Assembly: GCA_000004985.1 (NCBI GenBank)
Contig: GG738946.1
Source: Naegleria gruberi
Taxonomy: Eukaryota
Length of the DNA: 34,929 nt
Direction: 5' to 3' (one strand)
Every line of letters begins with the position of its first letter. Position 1 is the first letter of the stretch. The translations under genes and the position numbers were made by a program. A model generated the notes under the pieces. The model did not search any database, was not told the origin of the DNA, and saw nothing but the letters and a program-made list of their open reading frames with translations. Shown here piece after piece: positions 1 to 11,000 of this stretch.

Positions 1-42
1 TATGATGGATTAATATATTTTAATGTAATATTTGATTTTTAG

Positions 43-412
43 GTTAATTGGAAACAAAATTCTATCAACAAGTGATAATGAAAGTATTGAATGGTTATAT
101 AGTTTTGATATTCATACAAATTCATTCTTTCCATTATTTATTTTACTCTATGTTGCTCAATTTATATTTTTACCTTTATTAAGCATGGATGGATTTATGG
201 GAATAATACTTTCAGATTTACTTTACATTTTTTCATTTTCATATTATTGGTACATTACATTTAAAGGTTATCTCAAATTAACTTTTATCAAAAATTCAGA
301 ATTATTCCTTTTACCAATTCCATTAATTGTAATACTTGGTATTGTTTGTATGGCAACTAGTATAAATTTAACTACATTCTTTGTTTCTCTTTATATTAAT
401 ACTAATAATTAA
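43..412 (+). CDS. Terminal exon (partial gene) of a multi-pass membrane protein whose 5' exons lie left of the window
   Basis: An intron-like AT-rich tract ends in tttttag at 36-42. It is followed by a ~123-codon open frame with hydrophobic helices (FFPLFILLYVAQFIFLPLL; LLPIPLIVILGIVCMATS) ending TAA 410-412. No family recognised. Confidence 0.4.
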
Positions 413-617
413 TAAAAAAAGAAATAACATTTAAAATTATTGTTTTTAAGAACATTCCATTTCACATCAAATGACCCTCTATTATTTAAATGGTCAACCA
501 ATCAATTATTATTTTGTTTTTTTGGGTCGCTCCTGTCAACATGACATGGTGAACAATTATAAATTCAACAAATTTAAAAAAAAAAGTTACCTTTATCCAG
601 GATCATTATCTTGTGTA

Positions 618-645
618 TTTTATTATTATTATTATTATTATTATT
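618..645. repeat. (TAT)n microsatellite in the 5' leader of the C2-domain gene
   Basis: Perfect tattattattattattattattatt run read directly. Confidence 0.9.
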
Positions 646-659
646 GTAGTACAGTCATT

Positions 660-1046
660 ATGAGTTTATTAGATGGAGATTTAATTATTGTTCGTACAAT
701 TGGAGCTAATTTATCATCAAAACAAGATGCCTACTGTCTAGTTGAAACTAATTTAGATGCCAATATAAAGAAGAAATCATTTGTTATTTCAAAATCATCA
801 AATCCAGAGTGGAATAATGAATTTGTAATTCCAGTCTCTGGAATGGTATTGAAGAATATTCCAAATGTAACACTTTTATTCACTGTTATGGATGAAAACA
901 AAATTACCAAAGATGAATTTATTGGAAATGTTTCTTTACAAATTGATACTAATCAATTTCATTTAAATGAAGAAGTTAAGAGAACTTTATCTTTAAATAC
1001 TCCTAAAAAGAATGAAATTGAAATTGCTATTAGAATTGTTAGAATT
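660..1046 (+). CDS. C2 (Ca2+/phospholipid-binding) domain protein, 5' exon running into an assembly gap
   Basis: ATG at 660. MSLLDGDLIIVRTIGANLSSKQDAYCLVE...NPEWNNEFVIPV...LLFTVMDENKITKDEFIGNVSLQI is a typical C2 beta-sandwich signature. The frame is open to the N run at 1047. Confidence 0.7.
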
Positions 1047-3205
1047 NNNNNNNNNNNNNNNNNNNNNNNNNNNNNNNNNNNNNNNNNNNNNNNNNNNNNN
1101 NNNNNNNNNNNNNNNNNNNNNNNNNNNNNNNNNNNNNNNNNNNNNNNNNNNNNNNNNNNNNNNNNNNNNNNNNNNNNNNNNNNNNNNNNNNNNNNNNNNN
1201 NNNNNNNNNNNNNNNNNNNNNNNNNNNNNNNNNNNNNNNNNNNNNNNNNNNNNNNNNNNNNNNNNNNNNNNNNNNNNNNNNNNNNNNNNNNNNNNNNNNN
1301 NNNNNNNNNNNNNNNNNNNNNNNNNNNNNNNNNNNNNNNNNNNNNNNNNNNNNNNNNNNNNNNNNNNNNNNNNNNNNNNNNNNNNNNNNNNNNNNNNNNN
1401 NNNNNNNNNNNNNNNNNNNNNNNNNNNNNNNNNNNNNNNNNNNNNNNNNNNNNNNNNNNNNNNNNNNNNNNNNNNNNNNNNNNNNNNNNNNNNNNNNNNN
1501 NNNNNNNNNNNNNNNNNNNNNNNNNNNNNNNNNNNNNNNNNNNNNNNNNNNNNNNNNNNNNNNNNNNNNNNNNNNNNNNNNNNNNNNNNNNNNNNNNNNN
1601 NNNNNNNNNNNNNNNNNNNNNNNNNNNNNNNNNNNNNNNNNNNNNNNNNNNNNNNNNNNNNNNNNNNNNNNNNNNNNNNNNNNNNNNNNNNNNNNNNNNN
1701 NNNNNNNNNNNNNNNNNNNNNNNNNNNNNNNNNNNNNNNNNNNNNNNNNNNNNNNNNNNNNNNNNNNNNNNNNNNNNNNNNNNNNNNNNNNNNNNNNNNN
1801 NNNNNNNNNNNNNNNNNNNNNNNNNNNNNNNNNNNNNNNNNNNNNNNNNNNNNNNNNNNNNNNNNNNNNNNNNNNNNNNNNNNNNNNNNNNNNNNNNNNN
1901 NNNNNNNNNNNNNNNNNNNNNNNNNNNNNNNNNNNNNNNNNNNNNNNNNNNNNNNNNNNNNNNNNNNNNNNNNNNNNNNNNNNNNNNNNNNNNNNNNNNN
2001 NNNNNNNNNNNNNNNNNNNNNNNNNNNNNNNNNNNNNNNNNNNNNNNNNNNNNNNNNNNNNNNNNNNNNNNNNNNNNNNNNNNNNNNNNNNNNNNNNNNN
2101 NNNNNNNNNNNNNNNNNNNNNNNNNNNNNNNNNNNNNNNNNNNNNNNNNNNNNNNNNNNNNNNNNNNNNNNNNNNNNNNNNNNNNNNNNNNNNNNNNNNN
2201 NNNNNNNNNNNNNNNNNNNNNNNNNNNNNNNNNNNNNNNNNNNNNNNNNNNNNNNNNNNNNNNNNNNNNNNNNNNNNNNNNNNNNNNNNNNNNNNNNNNN
2301 NNNNNNNNNNNNNNNNNNNNNNNNNNNNNNNNNNNNNNNNNNNNNNNNNNNNNNNNNNNNNNNNNNNNNNNNNNNNNNNNNNNNNNNNNNNNNNNNNNNN
2401 NNNNNNNNNNNNNNNNNNNNNNNNNNNNNNNNNNNNNNNNNNNNNNNNNNNNNNNNNNNNNNNNNNNNNNNNNNNNNNNNNNNNNNNNNNNNNNNNNNNN
2501 NNNNNNNNNNNNNNNNNNNNNNNNNNNNNNNNNNNNNNNNNNNNNNNNNNNNNNNNNNNNNNNNNNNNNNNNNNNNNNNNNNNNNNNNNNNNNNNNNNNN
2601 NNNNNNNNNNNNNNNNNNNNNNNNNNNNNNNNNNNNNNNNNNNNNNNNNNNNNNNNNNNNNNNNNNNNNNNNNNNNNNNNNNNNNNNNNNNNNNNNNNNN
2701 NNNNNNNNNNNNNNNNNNNNNNNNNNNNNNNNNNNNNNNNNNNNNNNNNNNNNNNNNNNNNNNNNNNNNNNNNNNNNNNNNNNNNNNNNNNNNNNNNNNN
2801 NNNNNNNNNNNNNNNNNNNNNNNNNNNNNNNNNNNNNNNNNNNNNNNNNNNNNNNNNNNNNNNNNNNNNNNNNNNNNNNNNNNNNNNNNNNNNNNNNNNN
2901 NNNNNNNNNNNNNNNNNNNNNNNNNNNNNNNNNNNNNNNNNNNNNNNNNNNNNNNNNNNNNNNNNNNNNNNNNNNNNNNNNNNNNNNNNNNNNNNNNNNN
3001 NNNNNNNNNNNNNNNNNNNNNNNNNNNNNNNNNNNNNNNNNNNNNNNNNNNNNNNNNNNNNNNNNNNNNNNNNNNNNNNNNNNNNNNNNNNNNNNNNNNN
3101 NNNNNNNNNNNNNNNNNNNNNNNNNNNNNNNNNNNNNNNNNNNNNNNNNNNNNNNNNNNNNNNNNNNNNNNNNNNNNNNNNNNNNNNNNNNNNNNNNNNN
3201 NNNNN
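1047..3205. other. Assembly gap (2159 N)
   Basis: Run of n characters. Frames crossing it are meaningless. Confidence 1.
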
Positions 3206-3242
3206 GAGTGGTATTTTATTACATAATACTTATTTTTTAATT
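3206..3242 (+). CDS. Short exon end right of the gap, stopping at a GTAAGT donor (3243-3248)
   Basis: ...SGILLHNTYFLI followed by gtaagt. The 110-nt AT-rich intron carries attacaa/tatt repeats and ends aaaaaaaaag at 3352. The phase-0 join to the next exon reads ...YFLI|AFFWSELES... Confidence 0.35.
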
Positions 3243-3352
3243 GTAAGTTTTATTATTATTACAAAAATATTAAATATTATTACAATATTATTACAAAAAT
3301 ATTACAATATTACAATATAATATTATTTAATAATTTAATATTAAAAAAAAAG

Positions 3353-4744
3353 GCATTTTTTTGGAGTGAATTAGAATCATTTCAAAGAGGATATGCAAGT
3401 GCAAATATACAAAAAAGACAATTTAAACATTTATTAATATTTATAACTTGTAGTATTTTATGGATTGGATTAGAAATTACAATGTCAATTTTAGTATTTA
3501 TTAAATGTTATCCAGATTTATATTCACCAAATATGAATACAATATGGTTTACATGGATTGTTAGAGTTGAACATTGTTTAAATGCATTTTTATCATTTTC
3601 ATTAATTATTTGGTTTTTATTTTACTCAATTTGGAAAAGAAAATCAATGTGGAATTTATCATTTGTTGAAGGTTTAAAAATTTATAAAAGAAATTCATTC
3701 ACTACTAATGGAAGACCAACACAAATAATAACACAAAATACTACCACCACACAATTAGCAGCAGTAACAACAGTACCACAACAACAACAACAACAACAAA
3801 TAACAACATTCAATAATAATAATAGATATAAAGAGAATGAAAATAATATTGAATATAATTTATCATCACAATCTTCATATAATTATAGAAATGGTCCAAA
3901 ATTAATGAATAGAATTGAATCAACTAGCAAATGGTTATTTTATTCAATGATTATTTGTATAATGGTTTATTTATTACAATCAATTTCACAATTAATATTT
4001 ACTGAAATTTATATTTCATTATATGGAAATGGACTTTTAATTTTATATGATTCTTATATTATTGTAATTGGATTTATTAATTCTCTATCAGATTTTACAC
4101 CATTTTTAATGTGTTATATATTTCATAAATCTAATCAAATTATACGTGATATTGTTAGAGATGAAAATGATTTAACACATTACACTGATTCAACTTTGAG
4201 TACACACAATAATTATTATCATAATTATCATAATTATCATAATGGAAATATTGGTGTTGGAGGTGCTATTATTGATGGTGGTATTGATGGTGGTATTGGA
4301 GGTGGTATAGAATCTGATTTGGATGAACAGAGTGAAGCAAGTTCATTAATCATGTCTCCACCATTACATAGTGGTGGTGGTGGTCTATTGAATGATCAAC
4401 AATATATTATTACCTCCTCTCCTTATTCACATAATAATAATAATAATAATAATAGAAATAGTCGTTCTAATAGTAATGCAATTCAAAGAGAACGAGCTAA
4501 TAGTAATCAAAGTAATAATAGTAGTAGTAGAAGTAGAGCCAATAGTATGGATTATCCCTATCAACAACAACAAACTTCCATAATGATGATGAATAGTAAT
4601 GGTGCTATAGGTGGTATTGGTAGTGGTAGTAGTGGTAATGGCAGTGGTAATAATCAAAAGAGAGGTTTCTTCTCAAAATTATTCAAATCAGGAATTGAAG
4701 AAGATACAATGCTTATTAGTGTACCCTATGAGAATAGGTTATAA
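3353..4744 (+). CDS. Multi-pass membrane protein exon with a long N/Q/G/S-rich C-terminal tail; possibly the 3' part of the C2-domain gene
   Basis: Open frame from the acceptor at 3352 to TAA 4742-4744. Hydrophobic segments include FKHLLIFITCSILWIGLEITMSILVF, NAFLSFSLIIWFLFYSIW, WLFYSMIICIMVYLLQSISQLIF and LLILYDSYIIVIGFINSL. The tail is poly-Q/T, (HNY)n, G-rich and poly-N. Confidence 0.55.
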   Translation, partial: AFFWSELESFQRGYASANIQKRQFKHLLIFITCSILWIGLEITMSILVFIKCYPDLYSPNMNTIWFTWIVRVEHCLNAFLSFSLIIWFLFYSIWKRKSMWNLSFVEGLKIYKRNSFTTNGRPTQIITQNTTTTQLAAVTTVPQQQQQQQITTFNNNNRYKENENNIEYNLSSQSSYNYRNGPKLMNRIESTSKWLFYSMIICIMVYLLQSISQLIFTEIYISLYGNGLLILYDSYIIVIGFINSLSDFTPFLMCYIFHKSNQIIRDIVRDENDLTHYTDSTLSTHNNYYHNYHNYHNGNIGVGGAIIDGGIDGGIGGGIESDLDEQSEASSLIMSPPLHSGGGGLLNDQQYIITSSPYSHNNNNNNNRNSRSNSNAIQRERANSNQSNNSSSRSRANSMDYPYQQQQTSIMMMNSNGAIGGIGSGSSGNGSGNNQKRGFFSKLFKSGIEEDTMLISVPYENRL

Positions 4745-5324
4745 CCTAATATATTTACATAACATTCTACCATCAAAATACTGTTAGTAGCAGTAGTAGA
4801 ATATTAAATAGGAAGATTTAGAGTTAATTTATTGAAAACTAGGTATTGGTGTTTCTCCAATCAAAACAAATATTGAAATAAATTAGTATAAAGAACAAGT
4901 ACATGATTATTATAACACTGTATTCACAATATGTTGAGTTTAAAAAATGAAACGAAATCTTAATATACTACTACTATTAAGAATGAAAGACAAAAGTATT
5001 TCGCATTAAATTTTATGATGTCATTAGTATCAATAGTTTAAATGGAATAGAGTTTGAATATTTAAAGGTATTGTTCATTCTCAAAATAATAGAACTTTAA
5101 ATATTTGTAACATACATTTTGGGGTTGTGAGCATTCAAATAATATTAAATATCCAATAAATATAAAATTTACAAAACATTTTAGAAATGATAGAAAAATT
5201 GTATTAACTCTAAAAAAGGATAAAGAAATTGTTTGGAATGTGTGTAACAAAATGCCAATTCATTTCAATAAAGACAAAGAATAATTAATAATAAAAAATT
5301 TATTAATTTTTATTAATATATTGA

Positions 5325-6372
5325 TCACAGTGTAATGCCCAATCTTGTCTTTGTAAATTTAAAAATATTTTTCTGTTCAAGTTCAGAAATACCTTGTGAA
5401 TTTTCCTGTAATCCAATTTTAGAAATACCTGTAAAATATTTCATATAGGCTAATTCAAATTGAGCTTCTTCTGAATCTTTTTTAATCCATTCAGGCATTA
5501 CAGATTCAGCTAATTGATCTAATTTAGTAAATGTTTGATCAGCTAATTTTAAATGACCTTGAAAGAATCTACATGAACCCATCATATTTTCTAATTTAAA
5601 AACACATTCCATATATGTTTGTGTATCTGTTTCATTCTTTTTTCTTCTTAAAATATTATAAACTCTTGAAATGGTTGATTGTTGAAATGGATAAAAACCT
5701 TTTCTTTCATATGCTCTTGCTAAATATGAACCTGAAATTGTAATTAATTGTGCTTCATATAAATCTAAAAATAATTCAATACCAATTAAAGCTTTTTCAC
5801 CTAAAATAACAGAAAAATCAACCTTATTAGTTTCTAAATATAATCTACTTAATAATAATGCAGTTTTAGTTGTTTGTGGTGACATCCATCCATAAAAACC
5901 TTCACTAATTGAAAGTGATTTTTCAAAATTTTGAACAGCCTTTCCAGTTTCACCTCTATTTAAATAATATTCACCCAATTCATGAAATGCTAAAGATGCT
6001 TCTAATCCATTCTTCCATGTTACTTTAGGTCCAATTTCTTGTATAGCTTTATTATGTAATTCAAATCCTTGATCATTTAATCCCATACTATTTAAAATTG
6101 AAGCCTTTACAATTTTCATTTGTGGAATTTCTTCAATTCCTTCTTTTGAATTTAATGCACTAGTAATTTTAATAACTGCTTGTTCATATTCTCCAATTAT
6201 TTGTAATACACATGCAATCTTCCATTCTAATTTATATAATGGTAATATTAATTCTTCTTTTTTTTCAATCAATTTTAAATGTTCAATACTAATTGAAATT
6301 AATTTTAATACATTCTCTTTAATTAATTCTGATTGAATTGGATGATTAGATTTTGTTAATTGATTATATATT
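5325..6372 (-). CDS. TPR-like repeat protein, exon 2 (3' exon)
   Basis: 348-codon open frame after the acceptor ...ttgattag (minus strand). Helical-repeat sequence with TPR-like units such as LAFHELGEYYLNRGETGKAVQNFEKSLSI. Stop at 5325-5327. Confidence 0.65.
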
Positions 6373-6544
6373 CTAATCAATGATTGTTATGATGATGATG
6401 TTATTATATGTTGTAATGATGTTATGTTGTTATGATTGTTATGAATTATTATTTTGATGATGTTATGTTGTTATGATGATGAATAATAATAATATTAAAT
6501 ATATTAATAATTAAAATAATTAAATAATAATAATAATAACATAC

Positions 6545-6891
6545 TGTTCATATCTTTTTTGAATAGTAATATAATCACCTGATGAAAAAGATTCATTATT
6601 AGCTTGAATAATAGAAGTAATTCCTTGTAACATGGATTGTTCTAATTGATTTAAAGGTTTACTTGTTGATGATTCATTATTATTATTATTAACAATAAGA
6701 CTTGTTGTATAATTGCAAGGCTTTAGGTTATTATTCATCATAAATAAATTTAATGATGATGATGAGACATGTAATGATGATGACGGAGTAGTAAATAAAT
6801 GTTTCAATGATGAAGAACCTCTGATTGGTACATTCTTAAAACCTTTGACGGAATGAAGAACGGAACGATTTAATGAGAGCAAACCTTTCAT
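6545..6891 (-). CDS. TPR-like repeat protein, exon 1 with an R/S-rich presequence-like N-terminus
   Basis: ATG (plus-strand cat 6889-6891). MKGLLSLNRSVLHSVKGFKNVPIRGSSSLKHLF resembles a mitochondrial presequence. The exon ends ...KRYEQ at a GTATGT donor (plus-strand acatac 6539-6544). A 172-nt intron (6373-6544) carries a GT-rich degenerate minisatellite. Confidence 0.6.
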
Positions 6892-8082
6892 TTTTTTTCA
6901 AAAAGTACTTTAAAATAATTGTCTAATTTTAGTAATTTTTAATATTCTACATTAATAATACAATTAAATAACTTAATAAATTATATTATTAGAATTAGTA
7001 CTAGTTCAGAAGAAATGTATCTATCAAATAATCTAATAGGTTTAAGACTTCACTTTCCAGTGAGATAATTAATAATAACTAGTTTGTGGAACAATTTAAC
7101 ACAAAATGTTTAGATTACTGTTTAATTCACTTTCAAGAGCGCTACATGATTCAAATAACTTTGTCACCAATTGTGTCTTTGTTCACATAATATACTTGAA
7201 CTTTTCTATTTCCAATAGTGAATCTGGTTCCAAGTCAGCATCATTTCCCATCAGTGACATCTTGATATTAAGCTATCATTCCTGGAGTAAATTTATTCTT
7301 TTCACAATAGATGATCCATTTTAATATCCATGTTAATTTTGAATACATGCAATAAAAATTATTCAATTGTAGTTAATTGTTTTCTACTTGACTGTGTGTT
7401 CGATACAGTAGGAATATTAGAATAGTGTGATTTTCTGTTTATACTACGAATTAATATTAGCAGAATTATTCTAAGCATTTTATTGCTGCTAAGACTGGGA
7501 TCACTAATACATGTCCATTTATATTGAAGATCAAATAATAGTAGAAGGAAATGCAGTTGGTAACTAACTGATGTACAATTAATATAGTACGTAACGAAGA
7601 AGTTCCAGTGTTTGGATGTAATATAACTTATCTTAAGTGTACACTGAATCACCACTCCTGAGTTACTCTAAGTACAATGTAAATAAATTCCTCTATTTAT
7701 TATAACTGTATTAAATGCTGTTACAATAGAACATTCACACAATTGGTTCGGTAGACATTTGCTCAAACAGGAATTTGGAAATAACCTAAGTACTTATGCA
7801 ATGTACCTGGTTTTGGGATTGTGTATTTTTCTTATTCACTGTTTGTTTCAGCATGTGTTCATATCCATTTCAATAGAACAACATCATTTCTACATATTTT
7901 GACCACCTTAATGAGAAAGCATAAAATATTGAGCTTACGTGCCAAATCATTGAAAGATGATATTTATGAAAACATTTTAATTTCCCCAAATCTTGACAAG
8001 TTGAAGTAAACGTGCTGTAATCTGTGATAATTTATTTCAAGATGTGCTGCTTTACTAATAATACTCTAATCTTAATGCCTAG

Positions 8083-11000
8083 CTACACAGACCACTGCAA
8101 TTCAACTTGTTCTTCTTCTTGAATGAACGACTCAGTATGCATTCTCTTATTTTGAATAATAATAACAATCAAAATGATAATGAGAATGAGTGGAATTATT
8201 CCAAGAAATCCTAAAAAACCAAGTTCAGCATTAGATTGCTTTCGTTTCATGATTTGAGAAGGCAAGTTATTAGATGATTCTGGAATGGTTAAAAATTCAA
8301 CCTTTTGAATAATAACTTCTTGAATAGTAACAGATTGTGCTTTTGAAGAACATTTACATTTGTAAATATTTCTATCTGAAAGTTCTGTATCACATTGAGA
8401 GAATTCACTTTGACAAATAACTTGTGAAGTTGTACTTATCTTTTTCATTGAAGTTGAATTAAATTCTTCTTCAATTGTAGAAGAATTTACAATTTTTTCA
8501 AATTGAAAATAATAAGAAATTAAGTTATTTGAAATTGAAATATTTTGATTTACAATTTCTGAATAAAGAGAATGATTAGCACTTCTTATAGTTGTTTGAA
8601 TGATGGTTGAGTTATCATTTACAATTAAAGTTTCATTCAATGTATTATAATAAATAGGTTTCATAATTAATCTTGAATAAACAACTTTTCTAAAATCAAA
8701 ATTATTAAAATAACTTAATGATGGATATTCTAAATATTTAAATCCATGATATTCAAATTTACTTTCAGATAAATCACTTGGATACATTTTTAAAGAAATA
8801 ACTAATGTCAAATCATTTTCAAAAATTACAGAACTTTTCACAAATTGACTTCTTTCTCTCAAAATCAATAAATCAGATAAACAATTCATAGTTTCATCAT
8901 AAAATTTGTTATTAATTGATAAATCTATTGATAATCTTGCTTTTACAATTAAAGAGAAAACATTTGACATTGTATTTACCAAATTTTCAGATAAAATTAA
9001 ATGTGTTAATTTCACTCCATCTTTCAATTGATTTTTAAAAATTATAAAAATTCTATTCAACATTTCGTTACATAATTCATCATAATTAATCAATAAATAA
9101 TACATTGTTGAAATTTGAGTTGATAATCTCTTTTCATTTTGAGGTTCATTCAAGTTTCTTTCTTCATATTCATCAAACATTATATTTAAAGTTTTAGATT
9201 TGGAATTTGAAATATCATTCCAATAAGTTTCATTCCAACTACAATCTAATTTTTTAAATCCTGGTAAACAGTTACATGTTTTAAATTGAGAATTATAAAT
9301 TCCACCATTAAAACATGTTGTCAATTGAGATAGAGTTGGTAAATACCTTCTTGCCATACCATCCACTGTTAATAATACATAACCAAAAACTAATTTTCTT
9401 GGATCACCTACTGGGATTGATTTATAGAATGTATCCCAAGAAGATTTCTTCAATTGAATTTCTGTCCAATTTGTTACATTTGGTAGGAGAATAGTTTGTT
9501 TTAGTTCTAATTCTGTATATGAATTAGAATAAATATTCCTAGTAGTAAAGAAGAGTGAAAGAGATTCAGAACCAGTGAAAGGAAGTTGAATATCAATTTG
9601 AGAAGATTTACCTTCATTGAGAGGAATTTTGAGTCCAGTTATAAAATCTAGGAATGAAATTTGTAATATTGTATCACTTGTAATACAACTAGAGCATGAG
9701 ATTGAAAATACAGTATCTAATGCATAACCAGTTAAAGGAGAAATAGAACAATTACATGGTTTAGGATTTAATGCAACATTAAAGTTATAAGAAAATGAAT
9801 CAAAAACCATTGATGAAATGTGAGTGACTTTGAAAGTTAAAATGTTTGAACTTCCTTCAATCAATTTAGATATTAATAAATTCATTGAATTAGATTTTGA
9901 AATATCCTTAACAACTCCTGTCAAATAATTAGATGGTAAATCATCTCCATTCAATTGCCATTTTCTTTCAATTTCTGAATCAATTCCATCAAATTTGTCA
10001 TTCAAACTCACAAGGAAATCCAATGATAGAATATCAAAAGTAGTTAATAATATTCTCTGAGGTGAAACATTCAATAAACTAATTTTTGGAATGTTTTCAA
10101 ATATTCTTTCTGAAACTTTGTTATTACCAATTTGAAGAGTTATATCAACTTGTTTAAGTGACTGAGGTATTTCAAATAATGTTTCTTTAAATTGTACAAC
10201 CCTTGTTAAAATATCAAGTAAAGATTGATCACATTGATGATTATCTTGAATACATGTAAAATTCCAATCAAACTTATTCAATAATATTGTTGATTCAATA
10301 GGAGTAATTTCTACATTCATAAGAACATGTTTGTTATCAAATATATTTGATTGATACATTATTATAGTATATTCAGGTTCCAAAGTGTGTAAAGTTATTT
10401 TCTCTGATGAAACTTTTCCAAAAATAGAAAGTATAACTTGAAATATATATTTGTTAGCCATAATATCAGAAAATGAATTAATCACCAAATCTCCATTGGA
10501 TTTTACATTAAAATCAACTGATGGTCCTTCAATTTGTTTCCATTCATATTTAATTTGGGATGTGATTGTTTCACTTAAATCTGAAAGGTCTGTATATTTT
10601 TTAATGTAAATAGGACAATTCAATGAATTAACAATCATAGATTGTGTATCATCTGCTACTTTAACTTGTGGAGCTACAAATTCTTGTTTTGTAAAATTGT
10701 AAACAATGGGATGACTACATTTAGCAAAATAATTACAAACTTCAAGTTGAAGTGAATAATTACCAGATGGAATTTCATCATATTTAAATGAAATAATTGA
10801 TGAACTATTATTAATGATTATTGGTTCAGGAGAATTGATAACATGCCAAATATAGATAATTTCATTGAAATTAATTAAAGAGCTAGTGCTAGAAGATGCA
10901 TCAATTACAATATCATCCAAAGCACCAAAGTTATGTGTTACAGTTGATAATTTAGCAATTGGTGTTGCTGGATTATCAGGAGGTTGAATTGAAATGAATA

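Noticed and set aside
471-3320. Very long ORFs (471..3320, 1012..3240, 14445..16259) in the six-frame track
   Set aside because: They exist only because N runs are translated as X. Real coding evidence stops at the gap edges.
4392-4657. ORFs 4392..4583(+) and 4427..4657(-) overlapping the N/G-rich tail of the membrane protein
   Set aside because: Alternate-frame and antisense readings of (AAT)n/(GGT)n low-complexity coding sequence.
7106-8009. Small ORFs 7106..7324(+), 7359..7655(-) and 7821..8009(+) in the atypical intergenic island
   Set aside because: No start context, no domain resemblance and no codon-bias signal. They are treated as non-coding.
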